This document shows, piece by piece, positions 10,393 through 19,870 of a stretch of 64,000 nucleotides of DNA. Source of the DNA: Patescibacteria group bacterium (GTDB taxonomy: Bacteria; Patescibacteriota; Microgenomatia; JAMCYU01); NCBI GenBank assembly GCA_023473585.1, contig JAMCYU010000009.1, positions 19,487 through 83,486 on the forward strand, given 5' to 3'. The notes below the pieces were generated by a model. It did no database searches. It was given only the letters and a program-made list of their open reading frames with translations, and was not told the origin of the DNA. The position numbers and the translations under genes were made by a program. The stretch's first letter is position 1; each line of letters begins with the position of its first letter.

Positions 10393-10794
10393 ATGGTAAC
10401 AAAATTAGAAGTCAACGTTGACGGAACAAAATTCAGCCCAGATCTTCGAGCAAAGGGAGTTGACGAAAAAAAAGCTTGTGGTTTAATTAGAGAGATCCTT
10501 GACGGATACAACGGTCCGGGAGCCGGACCTCAAGGAAAACTTTTAAAAGGCCTGAATTTAACAATAAATGGTCAGGAGAAGAAAACTAGAAAAGAACCTC
10601 CTAAATTATCACCAGAAGACCATCAAGGATTGGCAGAAAAATATAGAGAGCTCGCTGATGACTTAATACAAAGAGCTAAAAATGATCCTTCTCTTTGTCA
10701 ACCATGGTTTAATGACGATGGCGAAGAATGCCCACCTCCAATTACTCTTGTCCCTCAATTGAGCCGGCTAGCTAACCAATTAGAAGCTAAATAA
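10393..10794 (+). CDS. Hypothetical protein
   Basis: ORF with a GGAG Shine-Dalgarno and an upstream TTGACA promoter; no family recognised. Confidence 0.55.
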   Translation: MVTKLEVNVDGTKFSPDLRAKGVDEKKACGLIREILDGYNGPGAGPQGKLLKGLNLTINGQEKKTRKEPPKLSPEDHQGLAEKYRELADDLIQRAKNDPSLCQPWFNDDGEECPPPITLVPQLSRLANQLEAK

Positions 10795-10803
10795 AAACAA
10801 TTT

Positions 10804-11766
10804 ATGATCTTAAACCCCGAAAGTGGAAAACCACTTTTGGCTGATTACACCGGTCATTCTCCAAAAATTCTTGTCAGTGAAGGAAATTTACTTGGCCATA
10901 ACCCAGCCATTGAGGGATTTGAAGGCAAAATTCAGGCTTTATGGCAAGAAGCCTGCGGGTCTTTCAGAACAAATAAGGCCAGGATTACTAAAATGCTGGA
11001 AATACTGCCGGCCGATTTAAGAATTCCTCAAACGGTTATCCTTTCCCAAGATAAAGATGGACTGCGAGGAGAGATTGAACAAGGAATAAGGGACAATAGA
11101 GAGATTGGTTTAAGAACCTGTTTTAATAACGCACAGACTCCACCAGCGGGAACTGCTCCTTGGATTATGGGCTTGAATCAAGAAAAACTGGTATCAGCTT
11201 TTTTTGACGAGCAACCGCTTCCAAAAACTCCTATTTGGACAGGCTTTCAAGAAACTTATCGGGACTGGCAAAAATATCCGGGTCTGACCGAAATTATCGT
11301 TATGAAAAATCCGCCTGGTTTAGGCAGAGGAAACTTAAGGGGAAAACATTTTGTCTTCCGGGTTGAAACCGTTGATACCAATTTACGAGCCGAACTAAGA
11401 ATTGGAACAGACCAAATGCGTGACATTGAAGGCAGGGCCAAGCGTGCTGATTTGATTGAAATTACAATGGACATCTCTGAAAACGGTTATGGGATTTTCA
11501 TTCCCGGCAAAATAAAACTCGAACCGGGTAGAAATTATCTTACTAAACACTTAAAAATTCGATCATTCCCCTATAAAATTACTAAACAGGTCATGGAAAC
11601 CGTCTTTGGTCAGTGGTGCCCTCAATTTTATTATCTTTTATTAGCCTTGGATAAATTTGGTTTGGGAGCGATTGAATTTCAGGGTCGTCAAGACAAAGGG
11701 AAAGTTACATGGATTTTAGCCCATGGTTTCAGGGGTGTAAGAGAAGAAAAAATGACTTATCTTTGA
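10804..11766 (+). CDS. Hypothetical protein, possibly a highly divergent PPDK-type ATP-grasp
   Basis: 320-aa ORF. LRIPQTVIL, IGLRTCF, EIIVM and AIEFQG occur in the same order as PPDK_N motifs; the similarity is weak. Confidence 0.5.
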   Translation: MILNPESGKPLLADYTGHSPKILVSEGNLLGHNPAIEGFEGKIQALWQEACGSFRTNKARITKMLEILPADLRIPQTVILSQDKDGLRGEIEQGIRDNREIGLRTCFNNAQTPPAGTAPWIMGLNQEKLVSAFFDEQPLPKTPIWTGFQETYRDWQKYPGLTEIIVMKNPPGLGRGNLRGKHFVFRVETVDTNLRAELRIGTDQMRDIEGRAKRADLIEITMDISENGYGIFIPGKIKLEPGRNYLTKHLKIRSFPYKITKQVMETVFGQWCPQFYYLLLALDKFGLGAIEFQGRQDKGKVTWILAHGFRGVREEKMTYL

Positions 11767-12575
11767 CATTTTGGGCAATAAAAGGTGCCGCGGCCGCCCA
11801 AAACGATTCTTTTGATTTTACCGCCGCAAGAATTCGGACAAGGTTTCCCGTTTTTTCCATAAACCAAAAAATGTTCCTGGTAAGCGCCTTTTTGCCCATA
11901 AGCATCTAAATAATCCTGATCAGAAGCGCCGCGGTATTTTAAACCCAAGCGTAAAACAGCTTCTATCTTCGTCAATAATTTTTCCGCCTCTTTATCTTGT
12001 AGGCTTTTGGCGGGACGGCGCGGATCAATTTTAGCCAAAAATAAAGCCTCACCAGCGTAGATATTGCCGATCCCCGAGATCTTCGTTTGATCCATCAGGA
12101 TAATTTTTATCGGCCGGCTGTTTTTTTTCAGGATTTGTTTGAATTCCGCTAAGGTTAAATCATTTAAGGGCTCCGGACCAAAACCGGTTAAAATTTTTTG
12201 AAGTTCTTTTTCATCTTCAATCAGCTTAATCCAACCGAATTTGCGCGAATCGGCAAAGCGCAACTGGGTCTCGTCAGAAAAACTAATAACGACGTGTGTC
12301 CATTGATCTTCCTTATCATTTTTCCGGCGATATAATAAGCGTCCGGTTAATTTTAAATGGACAATTAAAATCCTGCCGTTATCAAGAAAAATCTGTAAAA
12401 GTTTGGCCCGTCTTTCAATTTTAAGAATCTTGGTGCCAACGATAGCTTGAGTCACCACACTCAATGATGGCTGGACCTGTTTTGGGCTGTTCGTTTCGAT
12501 GGCCACGATTTTCTTACCCACGATCAACTTTTGTAGGTCCTGACGAATGGTTTCAACTTCCGGCAATTCCGGCAT
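11757..12575 (-). CDS. mutM: Formamidopyrimidine-DNA glycosylase
   Basis: N-terminal MPELPEVET, GIGNIY and a C-terminal zinc finger CPNSC...FYCPKCQ. Confidence 0.95.
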   Translation of the reverse strand: MPELPEVETIRQDLQKLIVGKKIVAIETNSPKQVQPSLSVVTQAIVGTKILKIERRAKLLQIFLDNGRILIVHLKLTGRLLYRRKNDKEDQWTHVVISFSDETQLRFADSRKFGWIKLIEDEKELQKILTGFGPEPLNDLTLAEFKQILKKNSRPIKIILMDQTKISGIGNIYAGEALFLAKIDPRRPAKSLQDKEAEKLLTKIEAVLRLGLKYRGASDQDYLDAYGQKGAYQEHFLVYGKNGKPCPNSCGGKIKRIVLGGRGTFYCPKCQR

Positions 12576-13689
12576 GAAAAGCCTCCATTTTTTCTTTCAC
12601 AAATTCCAAAATTTCCTTTTTAAATCTTTCCTGGCTAAATTTCGCGGCCTGCTTTTGGCATTCGTCTTTAGCATATTTTTTTATATCAAAATGTTTCAAA
12701 ACATTAATTAATGAATCAGCGGTATACTCATTGAAAAATTCTCCGGTTTTTCCCTCAATCACGGTTTCCAAATATCCTCCGCCCCGAAAAGCAATCACGG
12801 GCCGACCCGCGGCCTGGGCTTCCACGGTCGTCATGCCAAAATCCTCATCATAGGCCAAAGCTAAAAAAGCACGGCATTCGCCATAAAGCCTCCATAAGTC
12901 TTTGTCTTCAACCCGACCCAAAAACTCAATCGTTCCCCCTTGAGCTTCTTTAAGCTTTTTCTCTTCCCAATGCAAGCCCACCGGTTCGCCGACAATTTTT
13001 AAATTGATCTTTAATCTATTCGCGGCCTCAATCGCTAGTTCAAGACCCTTGGCACCGGCTAGTCTGGCCACAACCAGGAAATAATCCTGAGGCTTTAGAT
13101 TTTTCGTCGCCTGAATGATTTCGGTGACTTTAACCGGCGGATAAATGACTTTTGAATCGCGCCGGTAAAACTTCGCGATCCTTTTTTTGGTATTTTCTGA
13201 ATTGGCGATAAAATCATTAACTTTTTGGGCGGCCAGATAATCATATTGGCGCAAAAAATGGGCCACAATTTCGCCGTAAATTCTTACCGGCCAAAACCTT
13301 TTCCATTCCATGGCCGTCTGATAACCATAAAGCCAGCGTGGCGGGGTGTGACAATAACAAAGGTGTAAAGTTTCGGGAGGCGTTTTAATGCTTTTGGTGA
13401 TATACCAGGAGGCCGAAGAAATCACCAAATCAAAACCCCGAAAATCAAAACTTTCCCAGATTAAAGGCGTTAAAAACCTTAAGGGCGAAAACAAATTACC
13501 CAGGCTTAAAAAACCGTTAGCCCAGGAAGTGAGAACTTTTTTATTTTTGAAAGCTCGGCCGGCGGTTGAATCCGGAACCCTGAAAGCCGTATAAATCGGG
13601 GCTTCGGGATAAATTTCCGAAAGAGTTTCTAAAACCCTTTCCGCTCCCCCGTATTCTTTTAAATAATCATGAACTAAAGCAACTCGCAT
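12553..13689 (-). CDS. Glycosyltransferase family 4
   Basis: VHDYL..YGGAERV, YCHTPPR and EDFGMTTVEAQAAGRPVIA. Confidence 0.9.
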   Translation of the reverse strand: MRVALVHDYLKEYGGAERVLETLSEIYPEAPIYTAFRVPDSTAGRAFKNKKVLTSWANGFLSLGNLFSPLRFLTPLIWESFDFRGFDLVISSASWYITKSIKTPPETLHLCYCHTPPRWLYGYQTAMEWKRFWPVRIYGEIVAHFLRQYDYLAAQKVNDFIANSENTKKRIAKFYRRDSKVIYPPVKVTEIIQATKNLKPQDYFLVVARLAGAKGLELAIEAANRLKINLKIVGEPVGLHWEEKKLKEAQGGTIEFLGRVEDKDLWRLYGECRAFLALAYDEDFGMTTVEAQAAGRPVIAFRGGGYLETVIEGKTGEFFNEYTADSLINVLKHFDIKKYAKDECQKQAAKFSQERFKKEILEFVKEKMEAFHAGIAGS

Positions 13690-13701
13690 AAATTAGAAAT
13701 T

Positions 13702-14649
13702 CTAAAATAATCCCATCTGTTGATCCTTCGTGTTCTCTGTTTTTTTCTGTGCTTTCTGTGTTACGGGCTTCTGAAATTCATGGATATCCAAGGGCAACCT
13801 GGCAATTAAGCTACGAAACTCCAAATCTTCAAAAAGCTTCGCCACTTTGTCCCAATCATAGTCAGTCAAACGACACTTCTCAAGTTCCAGCTTAATCGGC
13901 GCGTTTTTAATAATCGTCGCCAAATATAATGAAAGCTCGGCGTTTTCTTTTTCCTTTCTTAGTTTTTCGGCAATTTTGGGTGAGATTTTCTCTAAATTTT
14001 GATAGATCTTTTTCAAGGTTGCGTATTCTTTAATAAGGTCAATGGCGGTTTTCGGACCAATACCCAAAACGCCCGGATAATTGTCAGATTGGTCTCCAAT
14101 TAAAGCTTTAAAATCGGGAATTTGCTTAGGCTTAACGCCCATCTTTTCTTCAACCAGCGTCTCATCAAATAGGGTCGCCTGTGATAAGCCCTTAACCGGC
14201 ATATAAACTTTGGTCTTTTCCCCGACCAGTTGTAAAAGATCACGGTCGCCGGTAACCACAATCGTTTCGTGAGCTTTTGTTTCACGGCTTGCTTGCTCAA
14301 CTAATGTCCCGATCAGATCGTCCGCTTCAAAACCGTCCTTTTCAAAAATAGGAATATTTAAGGTTTTAACGACCTCCTTAACCCTTTCTATCTGGCCAAC
14401 CAATTCATCAACCATGGCCGGCCTTTTCGCCTGGTAGCCTTTAAACTTTTCTTTTCGAAAAGTCGGGGCTTTGCGGTCAAAACAAACGGCCACATATTCC
14501 GGATGAAAAGCTTCAAAAATTTTTAAAAGCATGGAGGTAAAACCGAAAACGGCGTTAACTAACTCTCCTTTGGAAGTCGTTAGGGGGGGAAGAGCATGAA
14601 AAGCGCGATGGAGAATGGCGTTACCGTCAATAAGAATTAAACGCTTCAT
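13702..14649 (-). CDS. Stand-alone 5'-3' exonuclease (PolA N-terminal domain)
   Basis: LIDGNAILHRAFHA, GFEADDLI, TGDRDLLQL and GDQSDNYPGVLGIGPKTA; no polymerase domain. Confidence 0.9.
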   Translation of the reverse strand: MKRLILIDGNAILHRAFHALPPLTTSKGELVNAVFGFTSMLLKIFEAFHPEYVAVCFDRKAPTFRKEKFKGYQAKRPAMVDELVGQIERVKEVVKTLNIPIFEKDGFEADDLIGTLVEQASRETKAHETIVVTGDRDLLQLVGEKTKVYMPVKGLSQATLFDETLVEEKMGVKPKQIPDFKALIGDQSDNYPGVLGIGPKTAIDLIKEYATLKKIYQNLEKISPKIAEKLRKEKENAELSLYLATIIKNAPIKLELEKCRLTDYDWDKVAKLFEDLEFRSLIARLPLDIHEFQKPVTQKAQKKTENTKDQQMGLF

Positions 14650-14651
14650 TT

Positions 14652-16535
14652 TTAGGCCGCGGCCGGTTCATTTTGAGAAGTACGAATCCCTTTCATCAGG
14701 GAATCAAATTCTTCGCCTTCAATGGTTTCTTTTTTCACCAGCTCGTTGGCGACTAAGTCCAGCTTACCTTTTAATTTCGTTAAAATCTTTAAAGATTCTT
14801 TATAGGCATGGTCAATAATCTTATTAACTTCGTTATCAACTTTCGCGGCCATCTCGGGTGATAACTGAGCCGGCTCATACCACATTCCCCCGGCTTCTGA
14901 CAGATCAACCTGCGGTCCTAAATTAACCGGACCCAAATCACTCATACCATACTCAATAACCATGGTTCGGGCAATTTCCGTGGCCTTTTGAATGTCAGAA
15001 GAGGCACCGGCGGTAAACTCATGAAAAATTAACTCTTCCGCCGCCCGGCCGCCCAAAAGCGAAGTCACCTGTTCCAAAAGATGAGACTGGGTTTCGTTAT
15101 AGCGATCTTTCGCCGGCGGGATTAAAGTAAAGCCTAAAGATAAACCCCGGCTGACAATCGAGATCCGATGTACCGGATCCATGTGCGGCAATTCGTGAGC
15201 GACCACGGCGTGTCCGGCCTCATGATAGGCCGTCATTTTTTTGTCCAAATCCGACTGAAGCCGTTTCTTTTCCGGACCTAACTTAACTTTGGTCGCGGCT
15301 TCTTCGATATCTTCCATATCAATCGCTCTTTTTCCGCCTCGAGCCGCTAAAATCGCCGCTTCGTTAAGCATATTCTCCAAATCCGCTCCGGAAAAACCGA
15401 CCGTCCGTTTGGCCACCTTGTCCCAATCAACTTCTTTCGTAAAGGGCTTGCCTCTCATATGAATCTTTAAAATCGCCTTGCGGCCTTCAATGTCCGGCAT
15501 ATCCAACATCACCCGGCGGTCAAAGCGGCCCGGTCGCAGCAGGGCCGGATCTAAAAGATCGCCTCTGTTGGTCGCGGCAATGACAATCACGTTTTCGTTC
15601 GGCGTAAAACCGTCCATCTCCACCAAAATCTGGTTTAAAGTCTGTTCCCGTTCGTCATGCCCGCCCATGACCCCGACGGCCCGCATCCGACCAATGGCGT
15701 CAATCTCGTCAATGAAAATAATCGCCGGCGCGTTTTTCTTGGCCGTGTTAAAAAGATCCCGAACTCTTGAGGCACCGACACCAACTAACATTTCCATAAA
15801 TTCCGAGCCGGCCATGGAGAAAAAAGCGACATTAGCCTCACCGGCCACGGCCCGCGCCAAAAGAGTTTTGCCGGTTCCGGCGGGCCCAACCAGCAGGGCT
15901 CCCTTTGGGGTTCTGGCCCCTAAAGCACGGTACTTACCAGGATGTTTTAAGAAGTCAACGACTTCGGAAAGCTCTTGTTTGGCCTCATCCACGCCGGCCA
16001 CGTCCGCGAAAGTCACTTTCGGCATGTCTTTATTAAAAAGTTTAGCTTTGGACTGGCCGAAAGAGAAAAGGTTATCTTGAGCTCCTCTCGCCTGACGGAA
16101 AATAAAGAAGAAAAAAGCCACCATTAAAACCAAAGGCAAAACAGTCGAGAGAAAATTCCACCAAGCCGCGGTCATTTCCGAATCTTTAACCTGAATTTCC
16201 ACCTGCTTGGCATCAATACCGGCCGATTCTAAGATTTTCGTCAACGACTCCTGCGATTCTTTGTGGACGTTAAAGGCCTTTCCGTCTTTATAGGTTACGG
16301 TTAGACGATTCCCCTCAACTTCAATTTTTTTAATTTTATTGTCCTTAGCGTCACTAATAATCGTTGATAACGGTTTCTCTTCTAAGAATTTGGCTCCATG
16401 TTGAAAGGAAAGAAAAAAGGAAACACCGAAAATAAAGATAAAAAACCAGATAAAAAGATTTTTGAGGTTTAAATTTACCCTAATTTCAGACATTTTCTTG
16501 ATAGGACGCAATTTTTGAGTGTCTTCTTCCATCAT
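14652..16535 (-). CDS. ftsH: ATP-dependent zinc metalloprotease FtsH
   Basis: Two TM helices, [13 protein letters not shown], the second region of homology and HEAGH. Confidence 0.97.
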   Translation of the reverse strand: MMEEDTQKLRPIKKMSEIRVNLNLKNLFIWFFIFIFGVSFFLSFQHGAKFLEEKPLSTIISDAKDNKIKKIEVEGNRLTVTYKDGKAFNVHKESQESLTKILESAGIDAKQVEIQVKDSEMTAAWWNFLSTVLPLVLMVAFFFFIFRQARGAQDNLFSFGQSKAKLFNKDMPKVTFADVAGVDEAKQELSEVVDFLKHPGKYRALGARTPKGALLVGPAGTGKTLLARAVAGEANVAFFSMAGSEFMEMLVGVGASRVRDLFNTAKKNAPAIIFIDEIDAIGRMRAVGVMGGHDEREQTLNQILVEMDGFTPNENVIVIAATNRGDLLDPALLRPGRFDRRVMLDMPDIEGRKAILKIHMRGKPFTKEVDWDKVAKRTVGFSGADLENMLNEAAILAARGGKRAIDMEDIEEAATKVKLGPEKKRLQSDLDKKMTAYHEAGHAVVAHELPHMDPVHRISIVSRGLSLGFTLIPPAKDRYNETQSHLLEQVTSLLGGRAAEELIFHEFTAGASSDIQKATEIARTMVIEYGMSDLGPVNLGPQVDLSEAGGMWYEPAQLSPEMAAKVDNEVNKIIDHAYKESLKILTKLKGKLDLVANELVKKETIEGEEFDSLMKGIRTSQNEPAAA

Positions 16536-16580
16536 AAATTCTCAAGTAATTTTGTGGAGGAAATTATATCACATTACGTC

Positions 16581-17579
16581 TTAAGCGAGAAGACCCATTT
16601 TTTGCTTAACTTCCATTAAAGTTTGGCTGGCAATTTTGGTGGCATAATCCCGGCCGTCCCTTAAGGCTCCTTCGACTAAAGCCGGATGAGCTTCATAATA
16701 TTTTCTTTTTTCCTGAATCGGCGCCAGAACTTTATAAATACCGTTGGCCAAATCTTCTTTCAATGCCCGATAATTAATCCCAGTACTTAAATATTTTTGT
16801 TCATACTTAGCGCGTTTATCCTGACCCTGAAAAATTTCAACCATTTTCAAAAGATTAGCCACGCCTCCCTCTTGGGGAATGTCTTTGCCAAAACCTTTAT
16901 CCGTCGGCGCGGCGGCCAGTCTTTTTTTGATCGTCGCCTGATCATCGGCAAGCAAGATAAAACTTCCCTCAACGCTTTTGCTCATTTTGCCGCTGCCTAA
17001 AAGCGAAGGAACATATTCTTCTTTCGTTATAAAGCGTTGCGGTTCAGGAAAAGTCACATGATCTTTAGTGCCGTCAGGAAACATCCTGTTAAATTTTCTG
17101 GCTATTTCCCGGGCTATTTCGATATGCGGCTCCTGGTCAAGACCGACCGGAACCAGCTCCGCCTTGTAAACCAAAATATCGGCGGCCATCAAAACCGGAT
17201 AGTATAAAAGGGCCAGATTGACATAATCGGGGTGCTGTAATTTTTTATCCTTATAGGTCGGCAAATCTTCAAGCCGGGAAACCGGATAAACGGTTGATAA
17301 AAGATAGGCCAGTTCCAGATGTTCCGGAACCTGGGATTGAATCATGAGGTGACACTTATGCGGATCTAAACCCGCGGCCAGATAATCCAAAACGACCTCT
17401 CTTATCTTTTTTTGGAGGGTTTTGGGCTCAAAAGGCGTCGTTATTGTATGCAAATCCACCACGGAAAAAATGCAGTCATACTTATCCTGAAGCTCCAACA
17501 TGCCTTTGACCGCGCCAAAATAATTGCCTAAATGCAATCTGCCCGTAGCTCTAATTCCTGAAAAAACACGTTTATCCAT
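16581..17579 (-). CDS. trpS: Tryptophanyl-tRNA synthetase
   Basis: HLGN, YPVLMAADIL, VPVGLDQ and KMSKS. Confidence 0.95.
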   Translation of the reverse strand: MDKRVFSGIRATGRLHLGNYFGAVKGMLELQDKYDCIFSVVDLHTITTPFEPKTLQKKIREVVLDYLAAGLDPHKCHLMIQSQVPEHLELAYLLSTVYPVSRLEDLPTYKDKKLQHPDYVNLALLYYPVLMAADILVYKAELVPVGLDQEPHIEIAREIARKFNRMFPDGTKDHVTFPEPQRFITKEEYVPSLLGSGKMSKSVEGSFILLADDQATIKKRLAAAPTDKGFGKDIPQEGGVANLLKMVEIFQGQDKRAKYEQKYLSTGINYRALKEDLANGIYKVLAPIQEKRKYYEAHPALVEGALRDGRDYATKIASQTLMEVKQKMGLLA

Positions 17580-17585
17580 AAAGGG

Positions 17586-17657
17586 TGGCTACGGCTGGGA
17601 TCGAACCAGCGACACATGGCTTATGATGCCACCGCTCTACCGCTGAGCTACGTAGCC
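17586..17657 (-). tRNA. tRNA-Met(CAT), probably elongator
   Basis: Cloverleaf with acceptor GGCTACG/CGTAGCC, anticodon arm GTGGC-ATCATAA-GCCAT and T-loop TTCGATC. Confidence 0.9.
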
Positions 17658-17801
17658 CTAAAAATCTAAAGATTTTCAGGGTAAACCCTAGCAAATTTTA
17701 ACAGAAAAGAAGGATTAAGTAAACTGGCGCTGTTTTTTTCGTTGCACGAAGTGCTCGCGCTGAGCTTGTCGAAGGAGAACGTCTTATTGGTTAATCTTTA
17801 T

Positions 17802-18071
17802 CTAAATAAATGGTGCGGGAAGATACACTACTCGTTCGGGAACTCCTACCTGGTGGACGAAACCAGCGCCTATCCCTTTTTTGTCCGTTTCCTCAAATAG
17901 TCTATGTCTGTCCATTCCTGTTCCTGCTAATTGACCTTCGTGAAAAAAAACATAGGTTCCGGGTGGCATATCTTCAAACTGACCTGCTTGTAAGGCTGTC
18001 TGATAGGCCTTATAGTTTGGGTCATTGGCTAATTCATCAGGAACACTAACTTCTTTTTTATTTACGGTCAT
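17802..18071 (-). CDS. Small hypothetical protein (DUF5678-like)
   Basis: ATG preceded by AGGAG; PGTYVFFHEGQLAGTG pattern. The family assignment is tentative. Confidence 0.5.
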   Translation of the reverse strand: MTVNKKEVSVPDELANDPNYKAYQTALQAGQFEDMPPGTYVFFHEGQLAGTGMDRHRLFEETDKKGIGAGFVHQVGVPERVVYLPAPFI

Positions 18072-18096
18072 AATCATTCTCCTTTTAAACTTGTCC

Positions 18097-18339
18097 TTAT
18101 CGCATCTTTTGACCTGCTCTTTGGGCAAGAGCACCCCCAAAACAATGACTGAAGCTATTTGTTCTATGAAAAGATGCGTCGTCCTTTGCGAAAGACCTAT
18201 AGAATTTAGCCATGTCGCGTGGAACACGACCATGCTCTCTAAGATCCTCCTGAATCCAGTTCTTAAGTTGTAAAGCGGTCTCACTACAAACAAGAATTCT
18301 CTCTGTTTTCATTCCCTTTCTTCTCCCTCTATAAACCAT
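18097..18339 (-). CDS. Small hypothetical protein
   Basis: ORF with a purine-rich SD before the internal MKTER; no family recognised. Confidence 0.35.
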   Translation of the reverse strand: MVYRGRRKGMKTERILVCSETALQLKNWIQEDLREHGRVPRDMAKFYRSFAKDDASFHRTNSFSHCFGGALAQRAGQKMR

Positions 18340-18435
18340 CCAATGACATAACCAAATGGACGGTAAATTTATAAAAAAATGGCTATACCAGTTTGGGCAG
18401 AATTATAGGTTTTAAACTTGAAAAAAGCAATAAAC

Positions 18436-18458
18436 AAAAAGGGCGTTAATACGCCCTT
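18436..18458 (-). terminator. Intrinsic terminator after the initiator tRNA
   Basis: Hairpin AAGGGCGT-4 nt-ACGCCCTT followed by a T run on the minus strand. Confidence 0.75.
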
Positions 18459-18469
18459 AATTTATTATG

Positions 18470-18539
18470 TTGCGGGGCCGGGAGTCGCGCCCGGCCTAGG
18501 AGATTATGAGCCTCCTGTGCAACTCTACACTACCCCGCG
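18470..18539 (-). tRNA. Initiator tRNA-fMet(CAT), atypical
   Basis: Acceptor CGCGGGG/CCCCGCA with a C1xA72 mismatch; CAT anticodon. Confidence 0.8.
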
Positions 18540-18580
18540 TCGAGGTCTAGATTATAGCAAATCTTCCTATTATTGACAAC

Positions 18581-18922
18581 TTAGAAAAACAGTCTCCACC
18601 ATTTCTGCCAATTGGCAAGTTTTTCTTCCGGATTAAGTTTTGGGTTTTGGGGCAAAATCGAAGGCAGGATAACGACCGTTTCCCCCTCCTTCGCCAAGCC
18701 TAATTTTTCCCGAGCCATTTTTTCCAAGAAAGAAGGTGATTGAACTTCGCTTAGCTTATTTTTAAGTTCGTCGTTTTGGTATTTTAATTCCGCCACTTTT
18801 TTTTCTTCTTCTTTGAGTTTATCGCCGGCTTTAAGAAGACTATAAATAGACCTTGTAAGATTTACTATTAAAAACAAACCTAAAATAAGAATAATTAAAT
18901 TTGTCAGTCTGGACTTAAACAT
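18581..18922 (-). CDS. Septum formation initiator (FtsB/DivIC family)
   Basis: N-terminal TM helix, coiled coil and LEKMAREKLGLAKEGE. Confidence 0.85.
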   Translation of the reverse strand: MFKSRLTNLIILILGLFLIVNLTRSIYSLLKAGDKLKEEEKKVAELKYQNDELKNKLSEVQSPSFLEKMAREKLGLAKEGETVVILPSILPQNPKLNPEEKLANWQKWWRLFF

Positions 18923-19003
18923 AAAGGCCGTCCCCAATAGTAACTTTATAAAAACAGCTCTCTTGACACATAACTTCGTGAATGATATTATAGGTCGCGA
19001 AAT

Positions 19004-19867
19004 ATGCCTCAAACTCTTGATTTATCTTCTGCCAGAGAAAAATTTGTTGAATTTTTAGAAGGGCAACGGCGTGCCCATGCCACTATTTTAGCATACCGCA
19101 AAGATATCGAACAATTAATGAACTTCCTCAAGGATATGGGTAGAAAAACCATTGATGAGGCGCAAAAAGAAGATATCGAGGCTTTCTTAGGTAAGCTCGG
19201 CAAAGACGGCTACACGCAAAAATCTCTTTCCCGAAAGTTAAACTCTTTTAAAACTTTTTACCGGTTTTTAAAAAGCTCCGACATTGTTCAGTTTGATCGG
19301 GCCGCAGAAATCGCTCACCCGAAATATGAAGTTCGGCCGCCCAGAATTCTTTCCAAAATAGAATACCGGGCGCTAAGAGATGCCTGCCGGGAAGATGTCA
19401 GAATTTCCGCTATTGTTGAGATTCTTCTGCAAACCGGCTTAAGAATCGGTGAGTTGGCCAACTTACGTCTTGAAGATCTTCGGGAAAACGAAATTATCGT
19501 TAAGCCCTTTGAATCCCATGAAGGCCGAACTGTGCCTTTAAACAAGGCGGCTAAGGCGGCTTTGGACCATTATCTGACGATCAGGCCGAAAACCAAGGAA
19601 GAAGCGCTTTTCATAACCAAAACCGGCAAACCACTTTTGATCAGAAACATAAGAACCGCGATTGACCGTTATTTTAAATTGGCCGGAATTGAACATGCGT
19701 GTGTTAATGATCTCCGTCATACTTTTATTGCCCATCATTTAATGGCCGGAACGCCTTTAACCGTCATCTCGAAACTAGCCGGCCACAAAAGACTCTCGAC
19801 GACCGAAAAGTATTTAGATTTAGTAAAAGACAAAGTCGAAGAAAACGTCAAATTAGAGGAATTATAG
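19004..19867 (+). CDS. Tyrosine recombinase, XerC/XerD-like
   Basis: N-terminal SAM-like domain, TGLRIGEL, NDLRHTF and LAGHKRLSTTEKY. Confidence 0.9.
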   Translation: MPQTLDLSSAREKFVEFLEGQRRAHATILAYRKDIEQLMNFLKDMGRKTIDEAQKEDIEAFLGKLGKDGYTQKSLSRKLNSFKTFYRFLKSSDIVQFDRAAEIAHPKYEVRPPRILSKIEYRALRDACREDVRISAIVEILLQTGLRIGELANLRLEDLRENEIIVKPFESHEGRTVPLNKAAKAALDHYLTIRPKTKEEALFITKTGKPLLIRNIRTAIDRYFKLAGIEHACVNDLRHTFIAHHLMAGTPLTVISKLAGHKRLSTTEKYLDLVKDKVEENVKLEEL

Positions 19868-19870
19868 CTC

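Noticed and set aside
15478-16080. 200-aa plus-strand ORF
   Set aside because: Antisense shadow of the conserved ftsH AAA domain.
17586-17657. tRNA-Ile2(CAT) assignment
   Set aside because: Not excluded, but with a TAT tRNA and an initiator nearby, elongator Met is simpler.
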